Shown piece by piece: positions 28,388-38,500 of a DNA stretch of 64,000 nucleotides (the stretch's first letter is position 1; every line of letters begins with the position of its first letter). The notes under the pieces are model-generated. The model had not been told where the DNA came from and did no database searches. It was given only the letters and a program-made list of their open reading frames with translations. The position numbers and the translations under genes are program-made. Source of the stretch: a virus (taxonomy: Duplodnaviria > Caudoviricetes); IMG/VR virus record IMGVR_UViG_3300008259_002461; one strand, 5' to 3'.

Positions 28388-28977
28388 TGGCAAATTTAAT
28401 AATAGATAGATGGTTTTCAAATCCGGTATGGGAAACTGATCTAAATTTAAACAATGACGAACTTATAGCATATGCTTACGAGCTAAAATCAAAGAAAGAC
28501 GGAATACATAAATCTAATAGAGAAGGGTGGCAATGTTCTGATATTGAAAATCCACCTAACTCTTATTTAAATTTAATAGAATCAATAAACAACACGCTGG
28601 TCGATGTGCATCGATCAATGGGATTAAAAATAGAATATCCATCATATGTTAAAGGCAGTTGGATTAATATTAATCCATATGGCAGTTACAATCTTAGACA
28701 CCTGCATCCAAGAAGTTTATTCAGTGGAGTATATTATCCTAAAGTTCCAGAAGGCGAATGTGGTGATTTAATTTTTTATAGAGATCATGTAATGCTCAGT
28801 TACTTACCAAATCATATTGTAGAAAATTGGAATGATATGACTAGTGGAACAACTGTATATAAAGCAAGGACAGGAATGCTTTTAATTTTTCCTAGTTGGT
28901 TAGAACATTCTGTTACTACTAACCTTACTAGTGAAGATAGGATTTCAATAAGTTTTAATACTAACTACGACTATTAA
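28387..28977 (+). CDS. Putative Fe(II)/2OG oxygenase (TIGR02466-like)
   Basis: WININ...RHLHP...SGVYY...LLIFPSWLEHSV..N...RISISFN. Confidence 0.82.
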   Translation: MANLIIDRWFSNPVWETDLNLNNDELIAYAYELKSKKDGIHKSNREGWQCSDIENPPNSYLNLIESINNTLVDVHRSMGLKIEYPSYVKGSWININPYGSYNLRHLHPRSLFSGVYYPKVPEGECGDLIFYRDHVMLSYLPNHIVENWNDMTSGTTVYKARTGMLLIFPSWLEHSVTTNLTSEDRISISFNTNYDY

Positions 28978-29378
28978 ATAGACGTTTTTCCTCTAGTCAG
29001 CACACCGTAGTTTTTATCGTTAAATTTGTCCATAAATCTAAAGTGTGCATCTTTAGAATATGGAATTTTTAATTCGTCTATTCTTTCTAATACTTGAGGT
29101 TGTACGAATCTTCCATAGAACGCTTCTAGATCTTCACCCCAGTTATGTCGTATGATATAATATTCTGCATAAGGGCACCAAGCTGCATATACTGCTGTGC
29201 CGCCGCCTCGTTCTATGATAACTTCCCATATTTCAACATCTTCGATTTCCATAATCCTGTCGTAGCTCCAATCAGGACTAGGTGGTAAAACTATTTTATC
29301 TGAGTCCATGTTATTATCATTCCACACTTCGTCATTAAAATCTTCAAAAATATTCTTAGTTGTCTTAAACTGAGGCAT
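28974..29378 (-). CDS. Hypothetical acidic, Trp-containing protein
   Basis: 134-aa ORF coupled to the upstream 69-aa ORF. Confidence 0.7.
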   Translation of the reverse strand: MPQFKTTKNIFEDFNDEVWNDNNMDSDKIVLPPSPDWSYDRIMEIEDVEIWEVIIERGGGTAVYAAWCPYAEYYIIRHNWGEDLEAFYGRFVQPQVLERIDELKIPYSKDAHFRFMDKFNDKNYGVLTRGKTSI

Positions 29379-29574
29379 TATCTGTTAGATCCTTTATCGA
29401 TAAATTAAGTTTTTTCCAGCTATGTTTTCCTTCGGTAGCATGCCCAGTATAAAGTTCTCCAGTTTCTTGATCAATTAAGATCCATTTCTCTGGACACTTA
29501 GTTACTACTGTAAGTGTTATTGCAGATTCTAATTCTGCAACTTTTTTACTGTTTTTTAATTTTCTTACCTTCAT
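29365..29574 (-). CDS. Hypothetical small protein
   Basis: 69-aa ORF with AGGTA RBS, starting 9 nt after halogenase 3 stop. Confidence 0.65.
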   Translation of the reverse strand: MKVRKLKNSKKVAELESAITLTVVTKCPEKWILIDQETGELYTGHATEGKHSWKKLNLSIKDLTDNASV

Positions 29575-29583
29575 TACAGATAC

Positions 29584-31011
29584 CTATTGATAATTTGTAG
29601 TAATATGTTTTAGAAAGTCTGTTTCAGCAATGTGATACATGTTAGATTCTATTAGATCTTTGTGCGCCGATTCAGGATTAAGTAAGTCAAGTCCTGCCAT
29701 ACTCCAATTCCATAAGCCAATTGCAGGTGCACCAAAATTATTAGCTATTTCAAAATAACTTACTAACTTATTTTTTGATCGAGTAATAATATTATCAGCG
29801 AACGGACTAACAATATTGTTTTCTTTTATATGGCGCCAGAATGGAGTATCTGCTCTAGTGCCTTGGTAGTGCATAGAAACAAAGTCTAGATTAAGATCAT
29901 AAAAATGTGCAGTTCGCGTGTTATATGAATCTTGATTTTCTATTAGGTTTGTAGTTTTAAGATCACTTGATAAGAAGTCATTAATAAACAATAGTAGTTG
30001 AGCAATAGTAGTATGGATACTTGTAGCTTGTAGCGGTTCAACAAAACAACTTGCTAGTCCTAAGGACAATACATTTTTTTCCCAGAACTTTTCTGATCTG
30101 CCTGGGTCAAAATTTATTATCTTAATAGGAGTAATTTCTCTTCCAAGTAACTGCTCCACTTCAAGTTTAGCATCTTCTGCTGATATAAAATTATTGTTGT
30201 AAACATAACCGCATCCTCGTCGAGTTTGTAAAGGTATGTCCCACATCCAACCAGATGACAGTGCCGTAGCATCAGTCCAAGGTTTTATTTTATCATTTTG
30301 AGTATAGTCTAAAAGAAATGGCATTGCAGTATTGCAGGGCAAATACTTACTGTAGGACTTCCATCCTACATTTAATTTTTTCATTAGAATTTTATTAAAG
30401 CCGCTGCAATCAATAAAAAATTCTGATTCAATTTTTCTACCATCATCTAGAACTACTGATTGTATATGTCCGTTTTGAGGATCAAGCACACAGTCTTTAA
30501 CTATAGCGTCAATGTGTGTGATGTTATCTTTTATGCAGCGTTCTTTAAAAAACTTTCCAACTTTGTGTGCATTAAAATGAAACGCATTAAACACATTGTA
30601 GTTTCTTTCTACTTCGTAGTCTAGACCTATTTTAGAAGCGATATGAGCTTTGTCTTTACCAAACTTGTGCAGTACATATTTAAACACATGATCATTCATT
30701 CTACCAGCTGAAGGACTGCCGTCTAGGGGTGTAAAAAATGAAGTATTATCACCTAACCAATTATTAAATTTAATACCAATTTTGTTAGTTGCATCACAGT
30801 AGTCTACAAACTCTTGTAGATTAATGTCAGTTTTGAAATATCTTCCAGCTAAGAGATCAGTGAAGAATCCTGTAGATCCTTCTCCGGCACCAATAATGCC
30901 AATTTCACTTGATTCAATTACTGTAATTTTGTGTATGTTTGGCTGCGACTTACTTATACAATAAGCCGCTAGCCAACCGGCTGTGCCGCCGCCAACGATT
31001 GTTATATTCAT
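29584..31011 (-). CDS. Flavin-dependent halogenase 3 (tryptophan halogenase family)
   Basis: GGGTAG, GAGEGST, ATNKIGIKF, WMWDIP, FVEPLQATS. Confidence 0.9.
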   Translation of the reverse strand: MNITIVGGGTAGWLAAYCISKSQPNIHKITVIESSEIGIIGAGEGSTGFFTDLLAGRYFKTDINLQEFVDYCDATNKIGIKFNNWLGDNTSFFTPLDGSPSAGRMNDHVFKYVLHKFGKDKAHIASKIGLDYEVERNYNVFNAFHFNAHKVGKFFKERCIKDNITHIDAIVKDCVLDPQNGHIQSVVLDDGRKIESEFFIDCSGFNKILMKKLNVGWKSYSKYLPCNTAMPFLLDYTQNDKIKPWTDATALSSGWMWDIPLQTRRGCGYVYNNNFISAEDAKLEVEQLLGREITPIKIINFDPGRSEKFWEKNVLSLGLASCFVEPLQATSIHTTIAQLLLFINDFLSSDLKTTNLIENQDSYNTRTAHFYDLNLDFVSMHYQGTRADTPFWRHIKENNIVSPFADNIITRSKNKLVSYFEIANNFGAPAIGLWNWSMAGLDLLNPESAHKDLIESNMYHIAETDFLKHITTNYQ

Positions 31012-31056
31012 ACTTTAATTTATGCTGCATGTTAGATCAAATCTAACAAAAGTGAA

Positions 31057-32253
31057 TTAAGTATTTCTGTATCGAATTACAACGACTCCAGGGCCGCCGT
31101 CACCACTTTGTGTGTTACTCCAATATCCGCCACCACCGCCTGCACCTGAATTTGTAGCGCCTGATTGTCCTGCAACTGAGCCTGTTCCGCCCTCACCTCC
31201 ACCAAACGCATTTAAACTTCCACCGTGAGCGCCTGCAAGTCCGTAATGACCGTAGTTACCTGGGGCGTGTGTACCTGCGCCACCACCGCCAGCATATCGA
31301 GTAAGAGTTCCTGTTACTTGACTTGCTAGGCCAGCACCACCTGTGCCCATTTCGTTACCACTGCTTGTTGGTTTACCAGACGATCCAGCACCGCCTCCAC
31401 CACCACCGCAGTGAATGGTAGTAGAACCTGCTGCCCAGCCAAAGCCGCCACCGTGAGCACCAAAGCCGCCAGGGTGACCTTGACCTGCTATACCGCTGCC
31501 ATATCCATTGCCTTCCATGGAAATATGATCGTTATTGTTTCCTGTAGGCGTACCTTGAAGTGTAGCATTTGGCATTCCTGCTAACCAAGGATGGTTAGTT
31601 CCTTGATTTCCGTGACCGCCGGGCGCTTGTGGCCACCAACCGCCCTCACCTCCTGCTCCTGGTGTGTGTCCGCCAGGGCCACCGCCACCACTACCACCGT
31701 TATTCAATCGTATTACTGAATGTCCAGAAGTATATGAACTACCTCTACCGCCGCCGATAGCATTGTACTGCTGAGGTATTCCTGCTCCTACTACACTAGA
31801 AGGATTTCCTGGGTTTTGATTGTTAGCATTATGCTGTGTTTCTCTTGAGCCGCCTGCGCCTACGTTAATGGTATAGTTGCCTGCGGGCAAACTGGCCTGC
31901 GATTCATATATCATTCCGCCTGCGCCACCACCACCACCAATTTGTGCACCACCACCACCACCGGCAACCATTAGTACTTCTACCTGTCCTGGATATGTCA
32001 TAGTAAAGGTTGTAGATCCACTGGTAAATGTGTGTATTCTATATCCACCTGTGGTACTAAGTGTACCGCCAGAACCTAGTGCAGATCCTTCGAGGGTTAC
32101 CCAAACAGTTCCGTTGTATACTTCATTTCTTGCGTTATCGGTATTGTATCGAATCATTCCAGCACTTGGAGTGACTGGACGTTGTGCAGTTGTTCCACTA
32201 GGAAGTTGAATAAATCCACTATCGTTTACTGTTACATTTTTTAACGTTGCCAT
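31057..32253 (-). CDS. Glycine-rich virion protein, paralog 3
   Basis: MATLKN.TVND.GFI start, GYRIHTFTSG, poly-Gly motifs, C-terminal GGPGVVVIRY. Confidence 0.75.
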   Translation of the reverse strand: MATLKNVTVNDSGFIQLPSGTTAQRPVTPSAGMIRYNTDNARNEVYNGTVWVTLEGSALGSGGTLSTTGGYRIHTFTSGSTTFTMTYPGQVEVLMVAGGGGGAQIGGGGGAGGMIYESQASLPAGNYTINVGAGGSRETQHNANNQNPGNPSSVVGAGIPQQYNAIGGGRGSSYTSGHSVIRLNNGGSGGGGPGGHTPGAGGEGGWWPQAPGGHGNQGTNHPWLAGMPNATLQGTPTGNNNDHISMEGNGYGSGIAGQGHPGGFGAHGGGFGWAAGSTTIHCGGGGGGAGSSGKPTSSGNEMGTGGAGLASQVTGTLTRYAGGGGAGTHAPGNYGHYGLAGAHGGSLNAFGGGEGGTGSVAGQSGATNSGAGGGGGYWSNTQSGDGGPGVVVIRYRNT

Positions 32254-32256
32254 TTA

Positions 32257-33285
32257 TTATATCCTATATTTCACAATAACCACACCCGGGCCGCCCAAGC
32301 CTGCTGGATTTTCGCCGCCTGGGTGAGCACCACCTCCACCTCCACCACCTCGGTTAGTTCCACCAGCTGTAGCTACTGCGCCGCCGTGTGTACCTGAATT
32401 TCCTGTGCCGTCGCCGGCACCACCTGGATCTGGACTATGGCCGTAGGCAGGATTAACGTGTGTTCCGCCAGCACCGCCAGCTGCATAAATTACTGCTGAG
32501 CCGCCTATTGCATTTGTAATTCCCTGTCCGCCGTGACAGCGAACCCAATTAGAATATCTGCTAGTACCCGGATTTGGATATCCTGGGCCAGTGCCGTGGT
32601 GACCGTATCCGCCTGGATGTCCTTGTCCTATTACGCCTGTACCGCCTGGATGTTCACCGGGATAGCTGGTATATACTGTACCTGGAGTTCCGTTTCCGCC
32701 TGGACCGCCGCCACCTGAACCACCGCTCATTGCAGGAATTGTACTGCCTGCACTATATTGGCCACCTTTGCCGCCGCCCACTGCTTCGATGTTTGCATTT
32801 GGTCCAACAAAACTTGATGGACCGCCGGATGTTCCTTCATCTGAATAGTGATGGAATCCGCCTGCGCCACCGCCACCTCTATTAATTGTATAATTCTGTC
32901 CACCTATGACCGATACTGCTGATTCATAAACGTATCCGCCTGCACCGCCTCCGCCGCCGATTGGAGCGCCACCACCGCCACCACCTACTACCAATACTTC
33001 TGCTCTACCTGTATAAGGAGCACTAAAAGTACCACTGCTAGTAAATGTATGAATTCTATAGCCGCCTGCTGTTGTAATAGTACCGCCGGTTGCTATTGTG
33101 GTTCCTGAACCTGCACTTATTGACCCGTCTGCTGTTTTCCAAACTCCGTTAACATACTGTTCAACTTCGTTAGTAGTAGTGTTAAATCTAAAATCACCGT
33201 TGGTATTGGTTCTTGCAGCAGTATTACCTACGGCTGCTTGTATAAATCCAGTGTCGTTTACTGTTAAATTCTTTAGCGTTGCCAT
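32257..33285 (-). CDS. Glycine-rich virion protein, paralog 2
   Basis: Same N-terminus, GYRIHTFTS, poly-Gly motifs, GGPGVVIVKY. Confidence 0.75.
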   Translation of the reverse strand: MATLKNLTVNDTGFIQAAVGNTAARTNTNGDFRFNTTTNEVEQYVNGVWKTADGSISAGSGTTIATGGTITTAGGYRIHTFTSSGTFSAPYTGRAEVLVVGGGGGGAPIGGGGGAGGYVYESAVSVIGGQNYTINRGGGGAGGFHHYSDEGTSGGPSSFVGPNANIEAVGGGKGGQYSAGSTIPAMSGGSGGGGPGGNGTPGTVYTSYPGEHPGGTGVIGQGHPGGYGHHGTGPGYPNPGTSRYSNWVRCHGGQGITNAIGGSAVIYAAGGAGGTHVNPAYGHSPDPGGAGDGTGNSGTHGGAVATAGGTNRGGGGGGGAHPGGENPAGLGGPGVVIVKYRI

Positions 33286-33287
33286 TC

Positions 33288-34313
33288 TTAACCTCGATAT
33301 CTTACAATAACCACGCCTGGACCACCTGGGCCGCCGCCTTGTGGTTCTGGTGAATATGGACCACCACCACCACCACCACCTAAGTTAGTGCCGCCAGCTT
33401 GACCGTTTTGACCCGGAAGTGTATTTCCTAAACTGCCTCTACCTGCAAGAGTTGATACTCCGTGACCTGGGCTGTGATAGCCGCCGCCACCACCGCCTGC
33501 TCTCCAAACTACACCGCCGCCAATGTTTGATGCCATGCCTTCACCGCCACGACCTTGTTGATTACGATTTGAGCGTCCGTAGCCCATTGAGCCTGCGCCA
33601 CCGCCTCCACCACCACCATAGTGTGTACCTGTAGGAGTTCCGTTATAATGAGCACCTACGCCACCTGGGTGTCCTTGTCCTGCTGTTCCAGCTGCTCCAG
33701 CATGTATAGTTTCTGGACCACCATTCCATCCTGGGCCACCACCACCTGATCCACCGCCACTAGTTGGTTGACTACCTGGGGGATAATGACATCCTCGGCC
33801 ACCGCCTGTTGCTACAATTGATACTGGAGTACCGCCGCCAAATGTGCTAGGATTACCTGAAGTACCATCATTTGCACTATGACTTGAACAGCCATTGCCA
33901 CCTGTTCCAACAACTGCGGGATACGCAGTTCCAGCAACTACAGGAACTCCGCTAACATAGATATAGCCGCCTGCGCCGCCTCCACCTGAAATACTGTGGC
34001 CTCCGCCACCGCCTGCAATTGTTAGTACTTCTACAACACCGTCTTTGGTTGGTGTAAATTGTTGTGTTCCAGAAGTAAATGTGTGAATTCTATATCCTGC
34101 TGCGGTAGTGATTGCTCCGCCTGTACTAGCATTACCTACTGTTGACTCTTCTACACGTACCCAAGCACTACCATTCCAATATTCATTAGATGCAATATCT
34201 GTATTGTATCTTATCATACCAACCGTTGGACTACCTGGTCGCTGTGCGTTTGTTCCGCTAGGAAGTCTGATAAACCCAGTATCGTTTACAGTAAGATTTT
34301 TTAATGTTGCCAT
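33288..34313 (-). CDS. Glycine-rich virion protein, paralog 1
   Basis: Same N-terminus, GYRIHTFTSG, poly-Gly motifs, GGPGVVIVRY; TAATG coupling to upstream fibre. Confidence 0.75.
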   Translation of the reverse strand: MATLKNLTVNDTGFIRLPSGTNAQRPGSPTVGMIRYNTDIASNEYWNGSAWVRVEESTVGNASTGGAITTAAGYRIHTFTSGTQQFTPTKDGVVEVLTIAGGGGGHSISGGGGAGGYIYVSGVPVVAGTAYPAVVGTGGNGCSSHSANDGTSGNPSTFGGGTPVSIVATGGGRGCHYPPGSQPTSGGGSGGGGPGWNGGPETIHAGAAGTAGQGHPGGVGAHYNGTPTGTHYGGGGGGGAGSMGYGRSNRNQQGRGGEGMASNIGGGVVWRAGGGGGGYHSPGHGVSTLAGRGSLGNTLPGQNGQAGGTNLGGGGGGGPYSPEPQGGGPGGPGVVIVRYRG

Positions 34314-35167
34314 TACTTAGCTGCCCTTAATTCATTAATTTCTTGTTTTAAAGTTTTAATAGATTCAATTAGATAAGCTGTTAATTTAGTATATTTAATA
34401 CCTATAGTGTTACCTAGGTCATCTTTAGTAACTAAGTCTGGTAACACTTCATCTGTCCATTCAGCAATCAACCCTGCTTCGTGTTCTTTATTATCAATAC
34501 GATCGTAAGTTACGCCACTTAGTTTTAAAATGCTGTCTAGTGCATTCTCAATTGGCAAAATATTTTCTTTTAATGTTATACTAGAAGTTTCAACAATGCC
34601 TGCCGCAGTTAATTGACCACCAACACCTACTCCACCTGTAACTACTAATGCTCCGTTTGTAACAGCATTTGATACTGTACTTGCTGTTACACGCATCTCT
34701 GTTGAACTCAATACTCCTGTACTTGGCACAAAAGTTAGTTTAGTACTGCTTACAGATACTGTTGACACTGTTCCTGTAGTAGCAGTAGTAATTGCTGGAT
34801 AATATACTGCTGTGTCAGCTGCTTGGTTAGCCACACTAACGAATGGAGCAACCCAACTCAAATCTCCGCTTGCGTTACTTCTTAATACTGTATTATCAAC
34901 GGCTGCGGCTGGAAACGTATAAGTTACGTTAGCACTAACAGTTGCGGGTGCCCTAAGTGCTACAAAATTGCTAGAGTCAGCATCGGCTAATCTTAAACTA
35001 TTTTGAGCATTAATCTGCATAGAACTAACAGACTGCACAATGCCAGAGCCATTTGGTTCTAACAATACATTAGCATTAGACACTACAGATTGAATACTAT
35101 TATTAACGGTAGTTAGGCTACCTAGCACTGCTCGACCTACTTTACCTGATGTGATTTTTCTAGACAT
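34313..35167 (-). CDS. Tail fibre protein with C-terminal intramolecular chaperone (peptidase S74-like)
   Basis: SSITLKENI...GLIAE...IKYTKLTAYLIESIKTL + coiled coil; Ser-x4-Lys dyad spacing kept. Confidence 0.82.
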   Translation of the reverse strand: MSRKITSGKVGRAVLGSLTTVNNSIQSVVSNANVLLEPNGSGIVQSVSSMQINAQNSLRLADADSSNFVALRAPATVSANVTYTFPAAAVDNTVLRSNASGDLSWVAPFVSVANQAADTAVYYPAITTATTGTVSTVSVSSTKLTFVPSTGVLSSTEMRVTASTVSNAVTNGALVVTGGVGVGGQLTAAGIVETSSITLKENILPIENALDSILKLSGVTYDRIDNKEHEAGLIAEWTDEVLPDLVTKDDLGNTIGIKYTKLTAYLIESIKTLKQEINELRAAK

Positions 35168-35186
35168 AATCTATTTCCTTGGATTT

Positions 35187-35507
35187 TTATACTGTTGATG
35201 TTTCTATTCCGTAGACAACAACATCAGTGTTTGCTTGCGTTGAATAGGCATAAATTGTCCTACCATTTTGTATTACAACACCGCCACGTTCTAATACTCC
35301 ACCTGGTAAAACTTCTGCATTATATTCAATGTAGTTACCTGGTGCTGGTATATTAGGATTAACTGCTAATGCTATTCGCACATTAATTGCTGTTGCATTT
35401 TTATTACAAATGCTTATAGTTACCACACTAAATGTATCTGCGGGCGGGCCGTATATACTTGTGTAGGTTGTTGCTGCCAGGGCAGCATTTGCTAAAATTC
35501 CGTTCAT
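35187..35507 (-). CDS. Small beta-rich protein, paralog of 48602-48931 and 61085-61441
   Basis: SICNK...V.I...YIEY...LPGG...DVVVYGIE pattern. Confidence 0.7.
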   Translation of the reverse strand: MNGILANAALAATTYTSIYGPPADTFSVVTISICNKNATAINVRIALAVNPNIPAPGNYIEYNAEVLPGGVLERGGVVIQNGRTIYAYSTQANTDVVVYGIETSTV

Positions 35508-35523
35508 GTTATTTGTTCTCCAA

Positions 35524-38500
35524 TTATCTTAAGAAATAGTTATATGCTAGAGGTAATCCTAAAACTGTGCCGTTAAACACTACATTACCTTTTATATTTA
35601 TCGGAGCGCCGCTTACAGTTGTAATTGTATTGGCACCAACAAATATGTCACCTGCTGTTACTGAGTTTACATTCAATGAAGCGCCGCCGCCACCGATCTG
35701 TGCTTCAATGTACGCTTTAACAGCTCGTTGAGTTGGCACAATATTATCTGAGTTAGCAGTAAAGAATGGATCTGTACTAAATTCAGTAATACTTGCTGAG
35801 TTACCACCTAGTGTAACTTCACCTAAACTTAACTCTTGTAGTCCTGCAATATTAAATGCATCAGCATTAAGTGTTGCAACACCTGTACTCTGCTCAATAC
35901 TAAACAAATCGCCAACTCGGAAATTACCGTCTTGGTCAGTAGCTGTGAAGAATACTCGTCCACCATTTGAATCAACTGTTTCGTTAGCTTGAATAGGTTG
36001 TTGTAAAGGAGTGTTTGGATAATTTGTAGTATTAAATCCGCCAGTACCAATATCTAAGAAATCGTGACCAGTTAATCGAACTTGCGAGAATCTAATACGT
36101 AGTTCTACTGCTTCGTTGTTAGCTAATCGAGTACCTACTGGAATAGCAGGACTTACTTGTAAAAATCCTGTGTACGATCCTGGACTAGTTCCTAAGAAAC
36201 TAACAGTATTAACTAATTTAAAGAACTGTCCAGGTAAACTATCAAACACTATGTTTGATCCTGATACTGGCTGCTGTGTTAGTCTCTTCACAGCAATAAA
36301 TGTACCGTCCTGTATAAAGTCTGCACTACCGTTAGAATTTTGACTATCAATTTCTGCACTTGCAGTAATGAACCCAGTTCCTCTGTTAACAAATGTAGGA
36401 TTAGCTATTGCTCCGCTATTTAATCTTGCTTCTACTACTACATCGTCAATATTGTTAGGATCAGTGACTGTAATAGTTGGTGCACCGCTGGTATAGCCAG
36501 AGCCTGGTTCAATTAGTCGTATTTCAAATATCTGTTCGTTACTAACGCCAGCTCTACCTCGAGCTCTAGCTCCAATTCTTGCATCAAGGCCTGCTGTTGT
36601 AGTACCTGAACCAATTAGTACAAATTTGCCCGTTCTAGCTGGATTACCAAATGCTACAGCAAAATATCCTGTGTTTGGTAAGCTGGTAACTGCTGTCCAT
36701 ACAATTCCATCTTCTGAATGGTATAATGCTGTTGTTGTAGTTGTTACAACAAATACACCTTGTCCGTATGCAATGTTGTTTGTAGTTATGCTTCCTGCAA
36801 TAGTTACAGCACTACTCCAAGTAATACCATCTAAACTGTATGAGCAAGTGCCGTCACTAGCTAGAGCAACAAATCTACCATTACCCCAAGTAATATCATT
36901 CCAAGTTTTGTTTGGTAGTCCTGAACCTGCTGTCCAAGCAATGCCGTCAGTGCTATATACACTATTAGTAGTACCGCTCTTAATAGCTACAAACAATCCC
37001 TTTCCGTATGCAATAGGAAGATATCCAAGTGCTGGTAGAGCATTTGTTGTTAATGACCAGGTTGCGCCGCCGTTGTCTGAATATGCTACATCTCTGTAAC
37101 CTTCTGCGATTACAACAAATCTACCAATGTTGCTTGTAACTTGTCCAAATGCAACATTTGTTTGATAGCCAGCACCCGTTGGTATTGTACTAGTGCTCCA
37201 TACATCACCGTCATTTGAATATGCTGCTGTTGTACCTGCTGTAACAATCACAACACTTTGTTTAAATGTACTTGATCCATCGTTAATTAGTCCGCTAGCA
37301 ATATTTTTGTATGAACTAGCACTAGCAGGTAATACCTCTGCACTCCAAGTTACACCATCTATACTCTTTTGAGCACCAGTACCGCTGTTAGGTATTGCAA
37401 GGAATAAACCTTTTCGTGCAAGACCTGTAAAGTCGTAGTTGACTACTGCTCCTGTTACACTATTGATACTAGTAATAATTACTGTAATATCGTTGGCAGG
37501 GCTTGCGCCACCAACAGATGTGCCTGCAATAGTAATTGTATTACCTCTAACATAATTAGATCCTGCACTGTTAGTTGTTAGGTAGTATCTTTCGCCGTTA
37601 CGTGTAATGTTGAAAGTTAATCCTGTACCGGCGCCGCCTGTAGTTGTAACGGCTGTATATTGTGCAGAAGTTTCAAAATAATGCGCATTTGCATAATTAC
37701 TACTGCTAATAGTTGTAGCTGTTGTTGTCTTAGGAGGAGCTGTAAAAGAAATAGCTGGTTCAATCAAATAAGTTGACGAACTGTTAGGTGCTACAATGGT
37801 TGTGCCTGGAATAACATGATCCCATCCAGCTGCACCGTTACTTTCTCTTATTACCTCTGCTTCTTTAGAACCAGCATCGTAAGTGCTTATTATACCATAG
37901 TTACCAATACCTGCGCCGCCTATGATATACACTTTCATTCCAACATAAGCTGTACTTAAAGCACCATCAGTTGCTGATAAAAATACACTAGTTGTTGTTC
38001 CGCTCTGTGCAACGTTACTTACTCGAACATAGCCACTTCCACCTAGCGGTGCAGGTGTAGCTGGCGGAATAACTGTTTCTAAATCAACTTTAACATTTAT
38101 AACAGCATTGTCGCGGAACTCGTCAGCTACAACTACATCCCCAGTTCCAGCACCAAAAATATCAATTACAGCTTCAGTATAATCGTTACCTGCATGGTTA
38201 AATTCAAATCCTAGTAGCTGATTGTTATCAGTGAATACATTGCTAATTGTAGCACTATATTGGGTTTGATTATCAACTACTGCTGTTACAGGAGTTTCGT
38301 CAGGGTCAACACCTTCTGCTACAGATCCAAAGTCACCGTAGGAGTTGTTGCCGTTGGTTGCACGAATTCTGCCACCAGTTTCTGCTAGGTAGCCAATATG
38401 AGAGTAGTATGTAAATACAGATACAAGTTCTGCTCTACCGTTATTAGTAATCCATGCACCAATACCGTCTGAAATAACCTGAGTAAAGTCGTTGGATGTT

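Noticed and set aside
20471-28977. Fe(II)/2OG halogenases among the oxygenases
   Set aside because: All keep HxD, HxE or HxH (HVD, HYD, HID, HID, HFE, HID, HLH); none has the HxA/G substitution needed for halide coordination
20471-28977. DNA base-modification (TET/JBP-like) pathway
   Set aside because: No TET/JBP features, methyltransferase, glycosyltransferase or modified-nucleotide synthase seen, and the block carries late rather than early promoter motifs; not excluded by the rest of the genome
31057-34313. Collagen-like (Gly-X-Y)n fibres
   Set aside because: Glycines occur in runs and irregular motifs, not in strict triplet periodicity
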